The position numbers were made by a program, and so were the translations under genes. The notes beneath the pieces were generated by a model, which was given only the letters and a program-made list of their open reading frames with translations, made no database searches and was not told the origin of the DNA. A stretch of DNA of 61,235 nt from Borreliella garinii (GTDB lineage Bacteria > Spirochaetota > Spirochaetia > JABEVK01), in assembly GCA_020720765.1 (NCBI GenBank), contig DYOB01000005.1, positions 1 to 61,235 on the forward strand, written 5' to 3'. Below are positions 17,042 through 26,625 of this stretch, piece after piece. The stretch's first letter is position 1. Each line of letters starts with the position of its first letter.

Positions 17042-18347
17042 GCCGTATTTCCTTTTTACGTTTTATTTCTTTTTCTTTCTCGGAGCCGTTCCTACATTTT
17101 CCCAGGACACTCCGGCTAATGAGAGTTTTCTTTCATGGACCGCTGTTCCCGGGGCCAGGGAGTACCAAATAGAAATCCAAAATGAAAGCGAACAACTGTT
17201 ACTCGAAAGGCGGCTCTCAGAGACCCGGTTAAAACTCGACCTGCCTCCCGGTATCTACCGTTACCGTATCCGTGTAATTGACAGATTTAACCGTACAGCC
17301 GTAGGAGAATGGCGATCACTCACTGTCAGAAGAAACGCACAAGTTCTCCTTCCAGCCAGGGCTCTTAGGATCGAACCCGAATCTGTGGTTCAAGGCGGTG
17401 TTACCAGGGGTGTGTTTCTGAGCTTGGAAAACGCCTTGGAGACTGACAGGATAGTCTTTCGAGGGCCTAAGGAAATCATTCCCCTCTCTATTCTACGCAC
17501 CAGTCAGAGGTGGGAATTAGTCCTCGACTTGAAAGAGGCTCCAAATGGAAACTATGAAGTTTTTCTAGTTCGGAGTGACCAATTTATCGCTACTGGTATA
17601 AATTTGAGGCTGCTTCCACTCGTAACGGTGGCAGTAAACCAGGAAAAACCGCCCGAAGTTCCACCTGATGCTGTTAGGCTTGTGCAACAACGCGACAGGT
17701 TTTCAGGCCTTGCCTCCCTGCCTATTAGAAAACCTGAATTGCCCCTTCCCCTCCTTCTTCCAATTCCCCCTAATCCTCCTGAGGAAGTGTCAGTTCAAAT
17801 AGATACACCTCCGGAACTGCCCCCGGAGAATACTGCACCAGTACCGCTTTCACAATTAAGCATGACTTTAGGTTATTCAGTCCTTCTCCCGCAGGGATGG
17901 TTTGCAGAGATAGTTGAACCGAGTTTGATCGGAGGTCAGATTTTTATCCGGACGGATTCGGGAAACCTTGCTGTGGATGGTGGTTCGTTAATGGGGATGG
18001 GTCTTGAGCTTCAATATCATCTCTTTCCTGGTAAAGGAATTTTAACCAGCGGAACCTCCATACACCTCGCCCAGGGTTTTCTCCATCTCTATCTGAGAAC
18101 CCCCTGGCCAGAACCCGTGGCTTTTTTTCTCACAGGTGGAATAGGGGTTTCAATGAATTTCTTTTCAACCGAATCAGATTTTGCATTTCTTTCAACCGAT
18201 CCGGCGGTTCTTGCCGGTGCGATTCTCCGTTATAACGCCGGAAATTGGTGTATAGAGATTTCAGGTCAATACCACTGGTTTTTCTATATCAACAAGCCCA
18301 GCAGCGGGATGAATTTCTCGGTATCAACGGGGTTCCTTCTTCCTTGA
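17031..18347 (+). CDS. Exported protein: FN3 domain, Pro-rich linker, C-terminal beta-barrel-like domain
   Basis: Signal peptide; LSW.AVPGAREYQIEI...LPPGIYRYRIR FN3; PELPLPLLLPIPPNPP linker; alternating aromatic beta strands ending FSVSTGFLLP. Confidence 0.7.
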   Translation: MSNKPYFLFTFYFFFFLGAVPTFSQDTPANESFLSWTAVPGAREYQIEIQNESEQLLLERRLSETRLKLDLPPGIYRYRIRVIDRFNRTAVGEWRSLTVRRNAQVLLPARALRIEPESVVQGGVTRGVFLSLENALETDRIVFRGPKEIIPLSILRTSQRWELVLDLKEAPNGNYEVFLVRSDQFIATGINLRLLPLVTVAVNQEKPPEVPPDAVRLVQQRDRFSGLASLPIRKPELPLPLLLPIPPNPPEEVSVQIDTPPELPPENTAPVPLSQLSMTLGYSVLLPQGWFAEIVEPSLIGGQIFIRTDSGNLAVDGGSLMGMGLELQYHLFPGKGILTSGTSIHLAQGFLHLYLRTPWPEPVAFFLTGGIGVSMNFFSTESDFAFLSTDPAVLAGAILRYNAGNWCIEISGQYHWFFYINKPSSGMNFSVSTGFLLP

Positions 18348-19576
18348 AATACGAGGTTACTAAAGATAACTGGGAAAATTTTCCTTTGTGGGGTTTTTTA
18401 CAGGATGAATCGAAGGAAGCCCTCCTTTCACTGGGGAAGACCTATCGATGGACATATCAGGAAAAGCGTATTCTTATCGACACCCTTCGTGAAAGGGAAC
18501 AGGCGGGGAGAAAGGGGTTTGATTGGACTTTTCTCCATGGATTAGAGAAAAAACGGTGGTGGATACAGTTCACCGAAATCATGAAGAAGGAAAAGGGCAA
18601 AAGGGATTTATGGGAGAATTTCTCCCCGAGTTCTGCACAAACGCCGACGCTTCTCCAGGAAGAAGGTCTGGTATTGGGGCTGGGAAGGTGCCCTGTATAC
18701 AGCCCTAAAACACGGTGTTGTGGGCTTTATACCCTTGATGTCGTTCAGGGATGCGGGTTTTCATGCAGGTACTGTAGTTTGGGGGCCTTTCTTGAACCCG
18801 GTGAAGGTAAAATTGCTGTGGATGCGGCGGATCAAATACGGAAAATAAACCTAGGTCCCGAGGTAGGACACCTTGGCACAGGCCAGAGTTCCGATAGTCT
18901 CTTCTGGGGAAATGCCGGAGGGGTTCTCGATGCGGTCCTGGACCTTGCGGAACGCCATCCAGGAACCGTCATTGAACTTAAAACAAAATCCGTCAATGTA
19001 GGCGGATTAAAAAATCGAAAGATTCCTCCAAACCTTGTCGTAACTTGGAGTTTGAACACAGACATAGTCCAGGAAATGGAAGAATTGGGAACACCTTCGG
19101 TTGCCCGAAGAATTCAAACTGCCAGGGAAGTCGCGGATCTTGGGGTTAAAGTGGGTTTCCATTTCCACCCCATGATAGACTACCAAGGGTGTGAATCCGA
19201 TTATCTAGGAATCATCGAGAACCTCTCTAAGAATTTTGTAGAAAATGAAGTTGTGATGACGAGTTTTGGCATTCTCACCTATTCTCCAAGAGTTTTAAAA
19301 AAATTACGGGAAAGAGAATTAACTTCCCGTTTGTTCTCTCTCCCTTTAACCTCGTATGCAGGCAAACTGACCTATGATTTCGAAACGAAGTTGCGTCTTT
19401 TAACCCCGGTGGTCTCGATGCTAAAAAAGGATTGGCCCAATGTATTTATGTACCTGTGCATGGAAGAACCAGAACTCTGGCAACCGGTTTTAGGGCGTAC
19501 TTATCCCGATAACGACGCTTTTGAAATCGATATGGTAAAAACGTATAGGTTAAGAATGGGTTTGATAAAGGATTGA
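18344..19576 (+). CDS. Spore photoproduct lyase-like radical SAM protein (probable TTG start at 18344)
   Basis: CGFSCRYC, GTGQSSDSL, IELKTKS, WSLN, GFHFHP and YLCME motifs; TTGA overlap with the upstream stop. Confidence 0.85.
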   Translation: MKYEVTKDNWENFPLWGFLQDESKEALLSLGKTYRWTYQEKRILIDTLREREQAGRKGFDWTFLHGLEKKRWWIQFTEIMKKEKGKRDLWENFSPSSAQTPTLLQEEGLVLGLGRCPVYSPKTRCCGLYTLDVVQGCGFSCRYCSLGAFLEPGEGKIAVDAADQIRKINLGPEVGHLGTGQSSDSLFWGNAGGVLDAVLDLAERHPGTVIELKTKSVNVGGLKNRKIPPNLVVTWSLNTDIVQEMEELGTPSVARRIQTAREVADLGVKVGFHFHPMIDYQGCESDYLGIIENLSKNFVENEVVMTSFGILTYSPRVLKKLRERELTSRLFSLPLTSYAGKLTYDFETKLRLLTPVVSMLKKDWPNVFMYLCMEEPELWQPVLGRTYPDNDAFEIDMVKTYRLRMGLIKD

Positions 19577-19601
19577 CAAAAGGTGCGATCCTACATAAAA
19601 T
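19573..19601 (+). promoter_or_regulatory. Near-consensus sigma70 promoter
   Basis: TTGACA-17-TAAAAT. Confidence 0.8.
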
Positions 19602-19626
19602 AGGTTGATTTTCATAGGGAGTGATT

Positions 19627-19803
19627 ATGGGAAAGAATGCTGGTGTATCAAAAAACGCAAGGCGCGAAGGGGCTAAAGAGGTTCTTTCTCGTTGGGGTGG
19701 AAAAATTATCATGCGGTCGGTCTTTGAAAATGGTAAAATGAAGCATTTCGCCGTTTGTGAAAAAACCGGCACCCAGGCTCGTAAACCTAGCGAGCTGATG
19801 TAA
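19627..19803 (+). CDS. Small basic monocistronic protein (58 aa), possibly the spirochaete ribosomal protein bL38-like
   Basis: Strong promoter, GGGAG SD and own terminator; K/R-rich sequence. The resemblance to bL38 is from memory and unverified. Confidence 0.6.
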   Translation: MGKNAGVSKNARREGAKEVLSRWGGKIIMRSVFENGKMKHFAVCEKTGTQARKPSELM

Positions 19804-19822
19804 TTTTTCTCGTCATTAAAAC

Positions 19823-19846
19823 AAGCGGGGAAAACCCGCTTTTTTT
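19823..19846 (+). terminator. Rho-independent terminator
   Basis: AAGCGGG-gaaaa-CCCGCTT followed by TTTTT. Confidence 0.85.
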
Positions 19847-19892
19847 ATTGACAGGGTTTGACAGTTTAAGTTAAAAAAGGGTAGTATTCCCT

Positions 19893-20165
19893 ATGTTTGT
19901 ATCCACTGCGTGCGATTTAGGAAGCGAAGACAGCCGCATAAAGGTTCATGATCTTCTTATTCAATATGGGTTTAAAAAAATTCAGAATCAGCTCTACGAA
20001 ACTGCGAGTCTCAACGAAAAAAATGTAGCGAGAATGAAAGTGGACATTGATAAGATTACGGATTTCTATGACAAGATCCGGATTTATCAGTACCCTGTTG
20101 AAGGTACTCTGATTATTACCTCGCTTGAAGGTAAAAAATGGCGCCGGCTAACGGCAGTAGTCTAG
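19893..20165 (+). CDS. Orphan Cas2-like (ferredoxin-fold) protein
   Basis: Beta1 ending in Asp8 (FVSTACDL), LIQYGFKKIQNQLYE and DKIRIY match the Cas2 pattern; no cas1 or array in the window. Confidence 0.7.
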   Translation: MFVSTACDLGSEDSRIKVHDLLIQYGFKKIQNQLYETASLNEKNVARMKVDIDKITDFYDKIRIYQYPVEGTLIITSLEGKKWRRLTAVV

Positions 20166-20173
20166 GAGGATTT

Positions 20174-21290
20174 ATGTTAACCGATTTCACACAGAAAATT
20201 TCTGCACTTCACGATCAAGCCCTGACGACATGGGGGCGTCTTTGACCCGGAACGATTAAAACTCCTCGTTGAAGACCTTGAGAGAAAAACCGAGGCACCC
20301 GATTTCTGGAATGTCCGGGAAAAGGCGGAAAAAACCCTCTCAGAAATTCGAAAGATTAAAGCGAAAATCGAACCCTGGAAAGAACTCGTCGACAGATTGA
20401 ACGAGCTCAGGGAACTCCAACAGATGGCACTTGAAGAGAACGACGAGAGCCAAGAACCCGATATTGTTCAGATTTTTGAAAAAGCCCAGGTGGATTTGGA
20501 AAGGATGAATATCCTGGAGATGCTTTCAGAGCCCGAGGATAGCGCCGACGCTTTTTTATCCATCCATTCAGGAGCCGGGGGCACCGAGGCCTGCGATTGG
20601 GCGAGTATGCTTTTAAGGATGTACCAACGCTGGGCTGAAAGACGAGGGTTTAAAACAGAAATGCTCGACCTCCTTGAAGCAGAAGGCGGGGTTAAGAACG
20701 TCACCCTCCAGATAACAGGGGACAATGTTTTCGGGTTTTTAAAGAGCGAGAACGGGGTTCATAGGCTTGTTCGCATCAGCCCCTTTGATTCCAATGCACG
20801 CAGGCATACAAGTTTTGCTGCAGTCAACGTGAGTCCTGTACTGGACGATGAAATCGTTGTTGATATACAGGATAAGGACCTGAGGGTCGATACCTACCGC
20901 TCAAGCGGTGCGGGCGGCCAGCACGTCAATAAAACCGACAGTGCAGTACGGCTTACCCATTTGCCAACGAATATCGTTGTGGCCTGCCAGCAAGAAAGAA
21001 GCCAGGTAAAAAATAAAGAGCTTGCTATGAAGCTCTTAAAATCCAAGCTCTATGAATTCTATAAAGAACAGAGGGACCTTGAAAGGGAAAGCAAGGCTCC
21101 TGAAAAAACCGACAATGCTTGGGGTAACCAGATTCGAAGTTATGTGTTTCAACCTTATACGATGGTAAAAGACCATAGGAATAAATGTGAAACAGGGAAT
21201 ATCCAAGCCGTGATGGATGGTGACATCGATAGTTTTATCGAGGCCCAGCTGAGGTATATTTGGATAAAGAAGACACAGCCTGAAGGATGA
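20174..21290 (+). CDS. prfB: Peptide chain release factor 2, expressed by programmed +1 frameshift
   Basis: ATG 20174 after AGGAGG; 23 codons, then GGGGG-CGT-CTT-TGA-C (CTT 20240-42); the +1 frame continues into the ORF with SPF and GGQ motifs. Confidence 0.97.
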
Positions 21291-22699
21291 TCCGAAACAC
21301 GCTCCTTCTTTTTTTCATGGCCTTTTCACTCGTTCTAAATGCCCAGGAAAAACCGCAGTGGAAGTGGGCCATCCTCCCTCTAGTAGTAAATTCGGAACAA
21401 TATAAGAAAACAGCACAAAACATTGAACGCAATCTATCGCGAATTCTTATAGAAGGTCTTTTCCGGGAACCCAGCCAGCTCGATGTTGATAGACTCGTGG
21501 AAAAGATATTCCAGGATCAGCTTTTGCAAAAAGCCAAGGCTGAAGCTACAGCGAGGGAACAATGGGAAAGATTAAAACTCTTGAACATCGTTGAGAACCT
21601 TGAAGTCCTGAAAGCCCAGGCTGCCTACGAAGCTGCTAGACTTTTAAGGGTACAAACCGAGGAAGCCGGCGCAGTGGCTTACACGGATACACAGCCCTGG
21701 GCTATGGCACAATGGCCCCAAACAGGGGTTGTTGCTGATAAGCCCACCTTGGAACTTAAAGATTGGGTTCATCAGAATCAACTTTCTGCCTTTGTCACGG
21801 GGGAATTGATCGAATTGCGGGGATACCTCGGCATTAAACTCTCTGTAAGAAATCAGGAGCTTAGCGTTATTTCAAATTGGGAAGAATGGATGAGCCCTGA
21901 AGAAGTTCCCATGAGGATACCCTCGCTGGAAGGATGGCTGAGAGGCGTCCTTCTTCAGAGGCCTTGGGCGAGGCTAAGCATAAAAGTTGAACCGCCTACA
22001 GCCGAGATTTGGGTGAATAACCAGCTTCGTGGCTTAGGCGCCCTCGATCTAGGAATCCTTACGCCGGGCGACTATTCCATCACCCTACGTAACGAGGGGT
22101 TTGAAACTTACCAGGAGATTGTCACGATCGAAGAGTCAAGTGAACTCAGCCTTCTTAAAACTCTCACGACACTGCAAAAAGATTTTACTCTGATTCAAAC
22201 AGACCCAGAAGGCGCAAAAGTTTATGTAGGTGGTGTTTTTCAGGGAATCACCCCGCTTGAAATCCCAAGTTCCGGTGACGCTAAATACTTGGAAATTCTT
22301 AAAGAGGGTTTTAATCCTATAACCTACAGCCTTCTCCCAGGTATGCCTGTCCAACCTTGGGTTCTTATACCGTCGAGTCCAAAAGCCAGCATTGAAGATG
22401 CACGGGGATGGTTCTACTTTGCCTTAGGAAGTTTCACGGTCAGCTTTTTTACAACAGTCATGTTCCGAGGTTTCGAAGCTGAATACAAACAACTTTCTGA
22501 CGCCTACGTCAGGGATTATTTGAATACAAATGTCGCCTTAAGAACGCAAGAGCAACTCGACAAGGTTCACCAGAGTTATACTTACCAGCAAATCTTTCAA
22601 AAAGGCGGTTACACCTTGATGGGAGTGACTGCTGTTCTCTTTGGATGGACTATCTGGGAACTCTCCCGGTATATTGATGCGGCAGAGGAAGGGGAATAG
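21287..22699 (+). CDS. PEGA domain-containing membrane/exported protein
   Basis: Signal peptide; two PEGA repeats (LSIKVEPPTAEIWVN, TDPEGAKVYVGG); C-terminal TMs. Confidence 0.8.
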   Translation: MIRNTLLLFFMAFSLVLNAQEKPQWKWAILPLVVNSEQYKKTAQNIERNLSRILIEGLFREPSQLDVDRLVEKIFQDQLLQKAKAEATAREQWERLKLLNIVENLEVLKAQAAYEAARLLRVQTEEAGAVAYTDTQPWAMAQWPQTGVVADKPTLELKDWVHQNQLSAFVTGELIELRGYLGIKLSVRNQELSVISNWEEWMSPEEVPMRIPSLEGWLRGVLLQRPWARLSIKVEPPTAEIWVNNQLRGLGALDLGILTPGDYSITLRNEGFETYQEIVTIEESSELSLLKTLTTLQKDFTLIQTDPEGAKVYVGGVFQGITPLEIPSSGDAKYLEILKEGFNPITYSLLPGMPVQPWVLIPSSPKASIEDARGWFYFALGSFTVSFFTTVMFRGFEAEYKQLSDAYVRDYLNTNVALRTQEQLDKVHQSYTYQQIFQKGGYTLMGVTAVLFGWTIWELSRYIDAAEEGE

Positions 22700-22701
22700 A
22701 G

Positions 22702-23565
22702 ATGGGAATATGGTCGAAAATGGTTTCCTTTCTGACCGGCGACCATTTTTCTGAAGAACTGTACGAGAAATGGGAAGACGTTCTTATCGAGGCAGATTTT
22801 GGATATCAGAACGCAGCAGATATTTTAGCCCGGTTAAGAACCTACGCTAAAGAAGGGCGGCTCAAGGATCCTGAAGCCTTAAAACTCAAGTTATTAGAAG
22901 ACGTTTCCTCGCTGGTTCGTTTTCAGAACCTTGAATTTACCGGGCCGAAACCGCACGTAATCCTTTTTCTCGGCGTCAACGGGGTGGGCAAGACGACAAG
23001 TTTAGCGAAACTAGCCCAGTGGCATATCCAAAGAGGCATGAAAAAAGTTGTTTTGGCCGCCGGGGACACATTCCGCTCAGCCGCTACGGACCAGCTTCAA
23101 ATATGGGGTGAGAGGTTGGGATTGCGTGTTGTTTCCCAGGGGCAGGGAGCCGATCCTGGTGCTGTCATCTTCGATGCGATCGAGTCCGCCAAGTCCCGCA
23201 GCGATGAACTTATTCTTGCGGACTCCGCCGGCCGCCTCCACAATAAGACGAACCTTGTGAAAGAACTGATGAAGGTCGATAAAATCATTTTAAATAAGGT
23301 AGGCAGGGATTCCTACAAGAAACTCCTTGTTATAGACACAGTTACAGGCCAGAATGCTGTACAACAAGCAGCGGTCTTTCACGAAGCTGTGGGAATCGAT
23401 GCACTCATTCTTTCAAAATGGGACAGCTCGGCGAAAGGCGGTGCCGTTTTGAGCATTGCTAAAAAATTCAATATCGGTGTAGCTTTTGTAGGTACCGGAG
23501 AAAAAGCCCAGGACTTCAAGGAATTTGACGTTCATGATTTTGCGAAGGTAGTCCTAGAATCGTGA
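22702..23565 (+). CDS. ftsY: SRP receptor FtsY (NG domain only)
   Basis: GVNGVGKTT, AAGDTFRSAA, DSAGRLHNK, GQNA and VGTGE motifs. Confidence 0.95.
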   Translation: MGIWSKMVSFLTGDHFSEELYEKWEDVLIEADFGYQNAADILARLRTYAKEGRLKDPEALKLKLLEDVSSLVRFQNLEFTGPKPHVILFLGVNGVGKTTSLAKLAQWHIQRGMKKVVLAAGDTFRSAATDQLQIWGERLGLRVVSQGQGADPGAVIFDAIESAKSRSDELILADSAGRLHNKTNLVKELMKVDKIILNKVGRDSYKKLLVIDTVTGQNAVQQAAVFHEAVGIDALILSKWDSSAKGGAVLSIAKKFNIGVAFVGTGEKAQDFKEFDVHDFAKVVLES

Positions 23566-24662
23566 AAGTAGCTGTCTTGGTGTTTCTTTTCTTTACTGCC
23601 TTCTTCCTTACTGCCCAGCCGCGGACCGTACCCGAAGGAGAATGGTACCGTTCAAACGCCCTAGGCGCACTTCTTGAGGAAACCCAGTGGTTCCGCCGTG
23701 AAGAATGGGAATGGGTAGTTCAAAAGAAGGCTCGCGAAAACGGTGATACTCTTATACTTTACCAGAACAATGTTGCCCTGGAAACACGAATCCGTGATTT
23801 TGACGAAGAAAAAAGGGTGAGAAAAGTCAAGGTCATTCGAAAAAATCAGACACGAGAACTTTATGATCTGGATGAAACAGGTATGATAACCCGTGAAGAA
23901 TTTTGGGTGGAAGGCCGCAAGACGGGAGAAGTACGGTACGTCTATGAAAACGGTGTCCTGCTGGGGCGCCAGTTTCGCGGTATCAATAATCGGTTGGAAT
24001 GGACCGATGAAATATTCCGAACACCTACAGGCCGTATACGCAGGGTGGTGAGAACGGGAAACCAAGGTGCCAGAGAATGGAACACGTGGAGTTGGGGTAC
24101 CAGGGGCTTGGGTACCGAATCGGGACTCCAGGGGGTGGAAAGATTTTTTAGCGCCTACGAACCCGGTGGTCTCGTGCGGAGACGTGAACTGAGTATTGGG
24201 AATGAATTGACCCAGGTGTCCGAGTTTCAGTATTTAGAAGGGGTTGTCGTACGCAGGGTCGACCAGATAGTCCCTGAAGGTTTTCAGGAAACTCGGCGCT
24301 TTGACGGTGAGGGGAGGTTGATCCTCCTTGAGATTCGAAGGAATTCACGTTTGAGCGCGCAGGAAAGACGAACCTATACTTCCGATCTCCTTTCCCAGAT
24401 CGAGAGAGTATCCGGCGGCGTAAGGGAGCTTCGTAGCTTGACCTATAATGAAAAGAATGAACTCATAAAAGAGGAAATCAGGCAAAACGAGGTGCTCCAG
24501 GGAATACTCATGTATGAAGATGAGAAACTGGTGCTTGAAGAGGTTTATCTTGACGGAAGAAAGGTTATTCTGATCCTATGGGAAAACGGCGAGAAGGTGG
24601 AGGAAACATATTTTGACAGTTCCGGCAATTCCAGGGTCCGCGACCCGCGAAGGTCTTCATGA
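23562..24662 (+). CDS. Exported beta-hairpin repeat protein (MORN-variant/YwqK-like), function unknown
   Basis: Signal peptide; recurrent 'Y..G.L..E' repeats. Confidence 0.6.
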   Translation: MKVAVLVFLFFTAFFLTAQPRTVPEGEWYRSNALGALLEETQWFRREEWEWVVQKKARENGDTLILYQNNVALETRIRDFDEEKRVRKVKVIRKNQTRELYDLDETGMITREEFWVEGRKTGEVRYVYENGVLLGRQFRGINNRLEWTDEIFRTPTGRIRRVVRTGNQGAREWNTWSWGTRGLGTESGLQGVERFFSAYEPGGLVRRRELSIGNELTQVSEFQYLEGVVVRRVDQIVPEGFQETRRFDGEGRLILLEIRRNSRLSAQERRTYTSDLLSQIERVSGGVRELRSLTYNEKNELIKEEIRQNEVLQGILMYEDEKLVLEEVYLDGRKVILILWENGEKVEETYFDSSGNSRVRDPRRSS

Positions 24663-25951
24663 GTCTTAGATGGATCCCCTTTCTAGCCCGAAGATACCTA
24701 TGGAAGAAAAAAAATAAGGGTATAACCTCGGCGGGGCTTTCCATCCTCGGCATTGCAGTAGGAGTCATTACCCTGAATGTCGTCCTTGGCGTTATGAACG
24801 GATTCCAAATGGGATTTATGGAGACCCTTCTCGAAGTGTCGTCTTCGCATATCCGTATAGAAATGCCTTCCAACAGGGAGCTGACAGCGGATGTTCAGCA
24901 TAAAATTTTACAGGATACGAGTATACGAAATCTTATCCCCTACTATGACTCCCAAACCCTCATTAATGGTTTTTATGGTACACCCAGAGGCGCATTTATC
25001 CGCGGCTTACCGGAGAAAGCGATATTTGAAGACCCTGAATTCGGAAGACACCTTGAGATGATAGAGGGAAGCTGGGACTTAGAACGCGGGGAGAAAATTG
25101 TTTTAGGAGCCGAACTTGCGCGTTCACTCGGTGCAAGGGTAGGCGACCGGGTGAGTTTACTCGCTCTAGGTGGAGAAAATTTCAGCCTTTTGCGGCCCAA
25201 GGAAGTCTTTTTCCAGGTTACAGGTGTTTTTCGAAGCGGTTTTTACGACATTGATCTGGGTTGGGGTTTTATGAATATCGAAAATGCTTCAGATTTTTTC
25301 GGCGCTGAAGCCCAGAGGATTTTCGGCATTAAACTCAAGAACCATTTTGATGATCTTAAAAGTCTACCTCTCATTTCATCCATCGTTGTCCCCTTGGGGG
25401 GAAAGGTTGAATCCTGGCGTGAATTCAATAAGGCTTTCTTTGGCGCTCTTAGGTTGGAGAAACTCACGATGATGGTACTCATTGCCTTGATTTTTCCAGT
25501 TGTATGGCTGAATATCCAACATAGTCTAAGGCGGACCATACGCGAAAGGCGGGAAGACATAGGAATTATGAAAGCCCTAGGTGCTTCAATCCAGCCAATA
25601 AGGATAGTATTCCTTTCTGAAGGGGCCTTCATCGGTTTTATTGGCGGAGTCATAGGGACCTTGGTGGGTTTATTAATTACAGTCAATATGAACAGCATAC
25701 TTTTCTGGATGGAGGATGCAGTTTCCTTTGTTCTTCAAATTTGGACGAAGTGGACCACGGGGTCGATGGGCAACCGCTTGAATATTATTTCCGGAGGCGT
25801 CTTTTATTTGAAGGATATTCCAGTACGTGTTCTAGCCCATGAAGTTTGGATCATTTTTCTTTTTGCCCTTGGCTCGGCTAGTGCTTCAGCCTGGATGGCT
25901 TCGGGCGAAATTCTAAAAATCAGGACCAAGGAGGTCTTACGGAACGAATGA
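24659..25951 (+). CDS. LolC/E-family lipoprotein-releasing ABC permease
   Basis: LSILGIAVGVITLNVVLGVMNGF, MacB periplasmic domain, FtsX C-terminus. Confidence 0.9.
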   Translation: MSLRWIPFLARRYLWKKKNKGITSAGLSILGIAVGVITLNVVLGVMNGFQMGFMETLLEVSSSHIRIEMPSNRELTADVQHKILQDTSIRNLIPYYDSQTLINGFYGTPRGAFIRGLPEKAIFEDPEFGRHLEMIEGSWDLERGEKIVLGAELARSLGARVGDRVSLLALGGENFSLLRPKEVFFQVTGVFRSGFYDIDLGWGFMNIENASDFFGAEAQRIFGIKLKNHFDDLKSLPLISSIVVPLGGKVESWREFNKAFFGALRLEKLTMMVLIALIFPVVWLNIQHSLRRTIRERREDIGIMKALGASIQPIRIVFLSEGAFIGFIGGVIGTLVGLLITVNMNSILFWMEDAVSFVLQIWTKWTTGSMGNRLNIISGGVFYLKDIPVRVLAHEVWIIFLFALGSASASAWMASGEILKIRTKEVLRNE

Positions 25952-26625
25952 GCAACATACTCGAAATCCATCAAGTGACCAAAAGATTTAATACCGACGG
26001 TGAAAGCCTGCTTATTCTCGAAGACCTCGATTTTTCCTTGAAAGAAGGTGAAACAGCTTCCATCATCGGAGAAAGCGGGAGCGGGAAAAGTACCCTCTTG
26101 CATTTGATTGCCGGCTTGGACAGTGTCAGTTCAGGGATGGTGATAGCATGCGGCATTCCCGTTTCTGAAATGAATGAAGAAGATCTGACGAACTATCGAC
26201 GGCATAAAGTTGGAATGGTTTTCCAGTTTCACTTTCTTTTGCCTGAACTTACAGTCTTGGAAAATGTTCTTATGCCTGCTTGGATGTCCGGACTTCAAAA
26301 ACCTGTGGCAGAGAGAAAGGCAAGGGAACTTCTCGATCAAACCGGGATGTCAACCAGACTTGATTTCTATCCTTACCAACTCAGCGGGGGTGAGCGTCAG
26401 AGGACTGCTCTGGCGAGGGCTCTTGTCAACGATCCTGAAATTATCCTCGCCGATGAGCCCACTGGAAATCTCGATGAAGACAATTCAAAGATTGTGGAGG
26501 ACCTTCTTCTCGGACTAGTAAGAGACCACGGGAGAACCCTCGTCCTTGTAACGCACGACGCCAAGCTTGCGAACCGGGCTTCCCGAAAATACAGGATGGA
26601 GCATAAGAAACTGTGGACCCTATAA
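25948..26625 (+). CDS. lolD: LolD-like ABC ATPase
   Basis: GESGSGKST, GMVFQFHFLLPE, LSGGERQR and ILADEPTGNLD. Confidence 0.9.
   Translation: MSNILEIHQVTKRFNTDGESLLILEDLDFSLKEGETASIIGESGSGKSTLLHLIAGLDSVSSGMVIACGIPVSEMNEEDLTNYRRHKVGMVFQFHFLLPELTVLENVLMPAWMSGLQKPVAERKARELLDQTGMSTRLDFYPYQLSGGERQRTALARALVNDPEIILADEPTGNLDEDNSKIVEDLLLGLVRDHGRTLVLVTHDAKLANRASRKYRMEHKKLWTL

Noticed and set aside
19804-20173. CRISPR array near the cas2-like gene
   Set aside because: The intergenic gaps are under 90 nt. Only a TTGACAG duplication (19848-19864) is present, and I saw no repeat-spacer periodicity anywhere in the window.
20397-21290. prfB as an N-terminally truncated gene or pseudogene
   Set aside because: Explained by the canonical CTT-TGA-C programmed frameshift.
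23562-24662. RHS/YD toxin or toxin-immunity pair
   Set aside because: No RHS core signature, toxin tip or adjacent immunity gene; it sits in a housekeeping operon.
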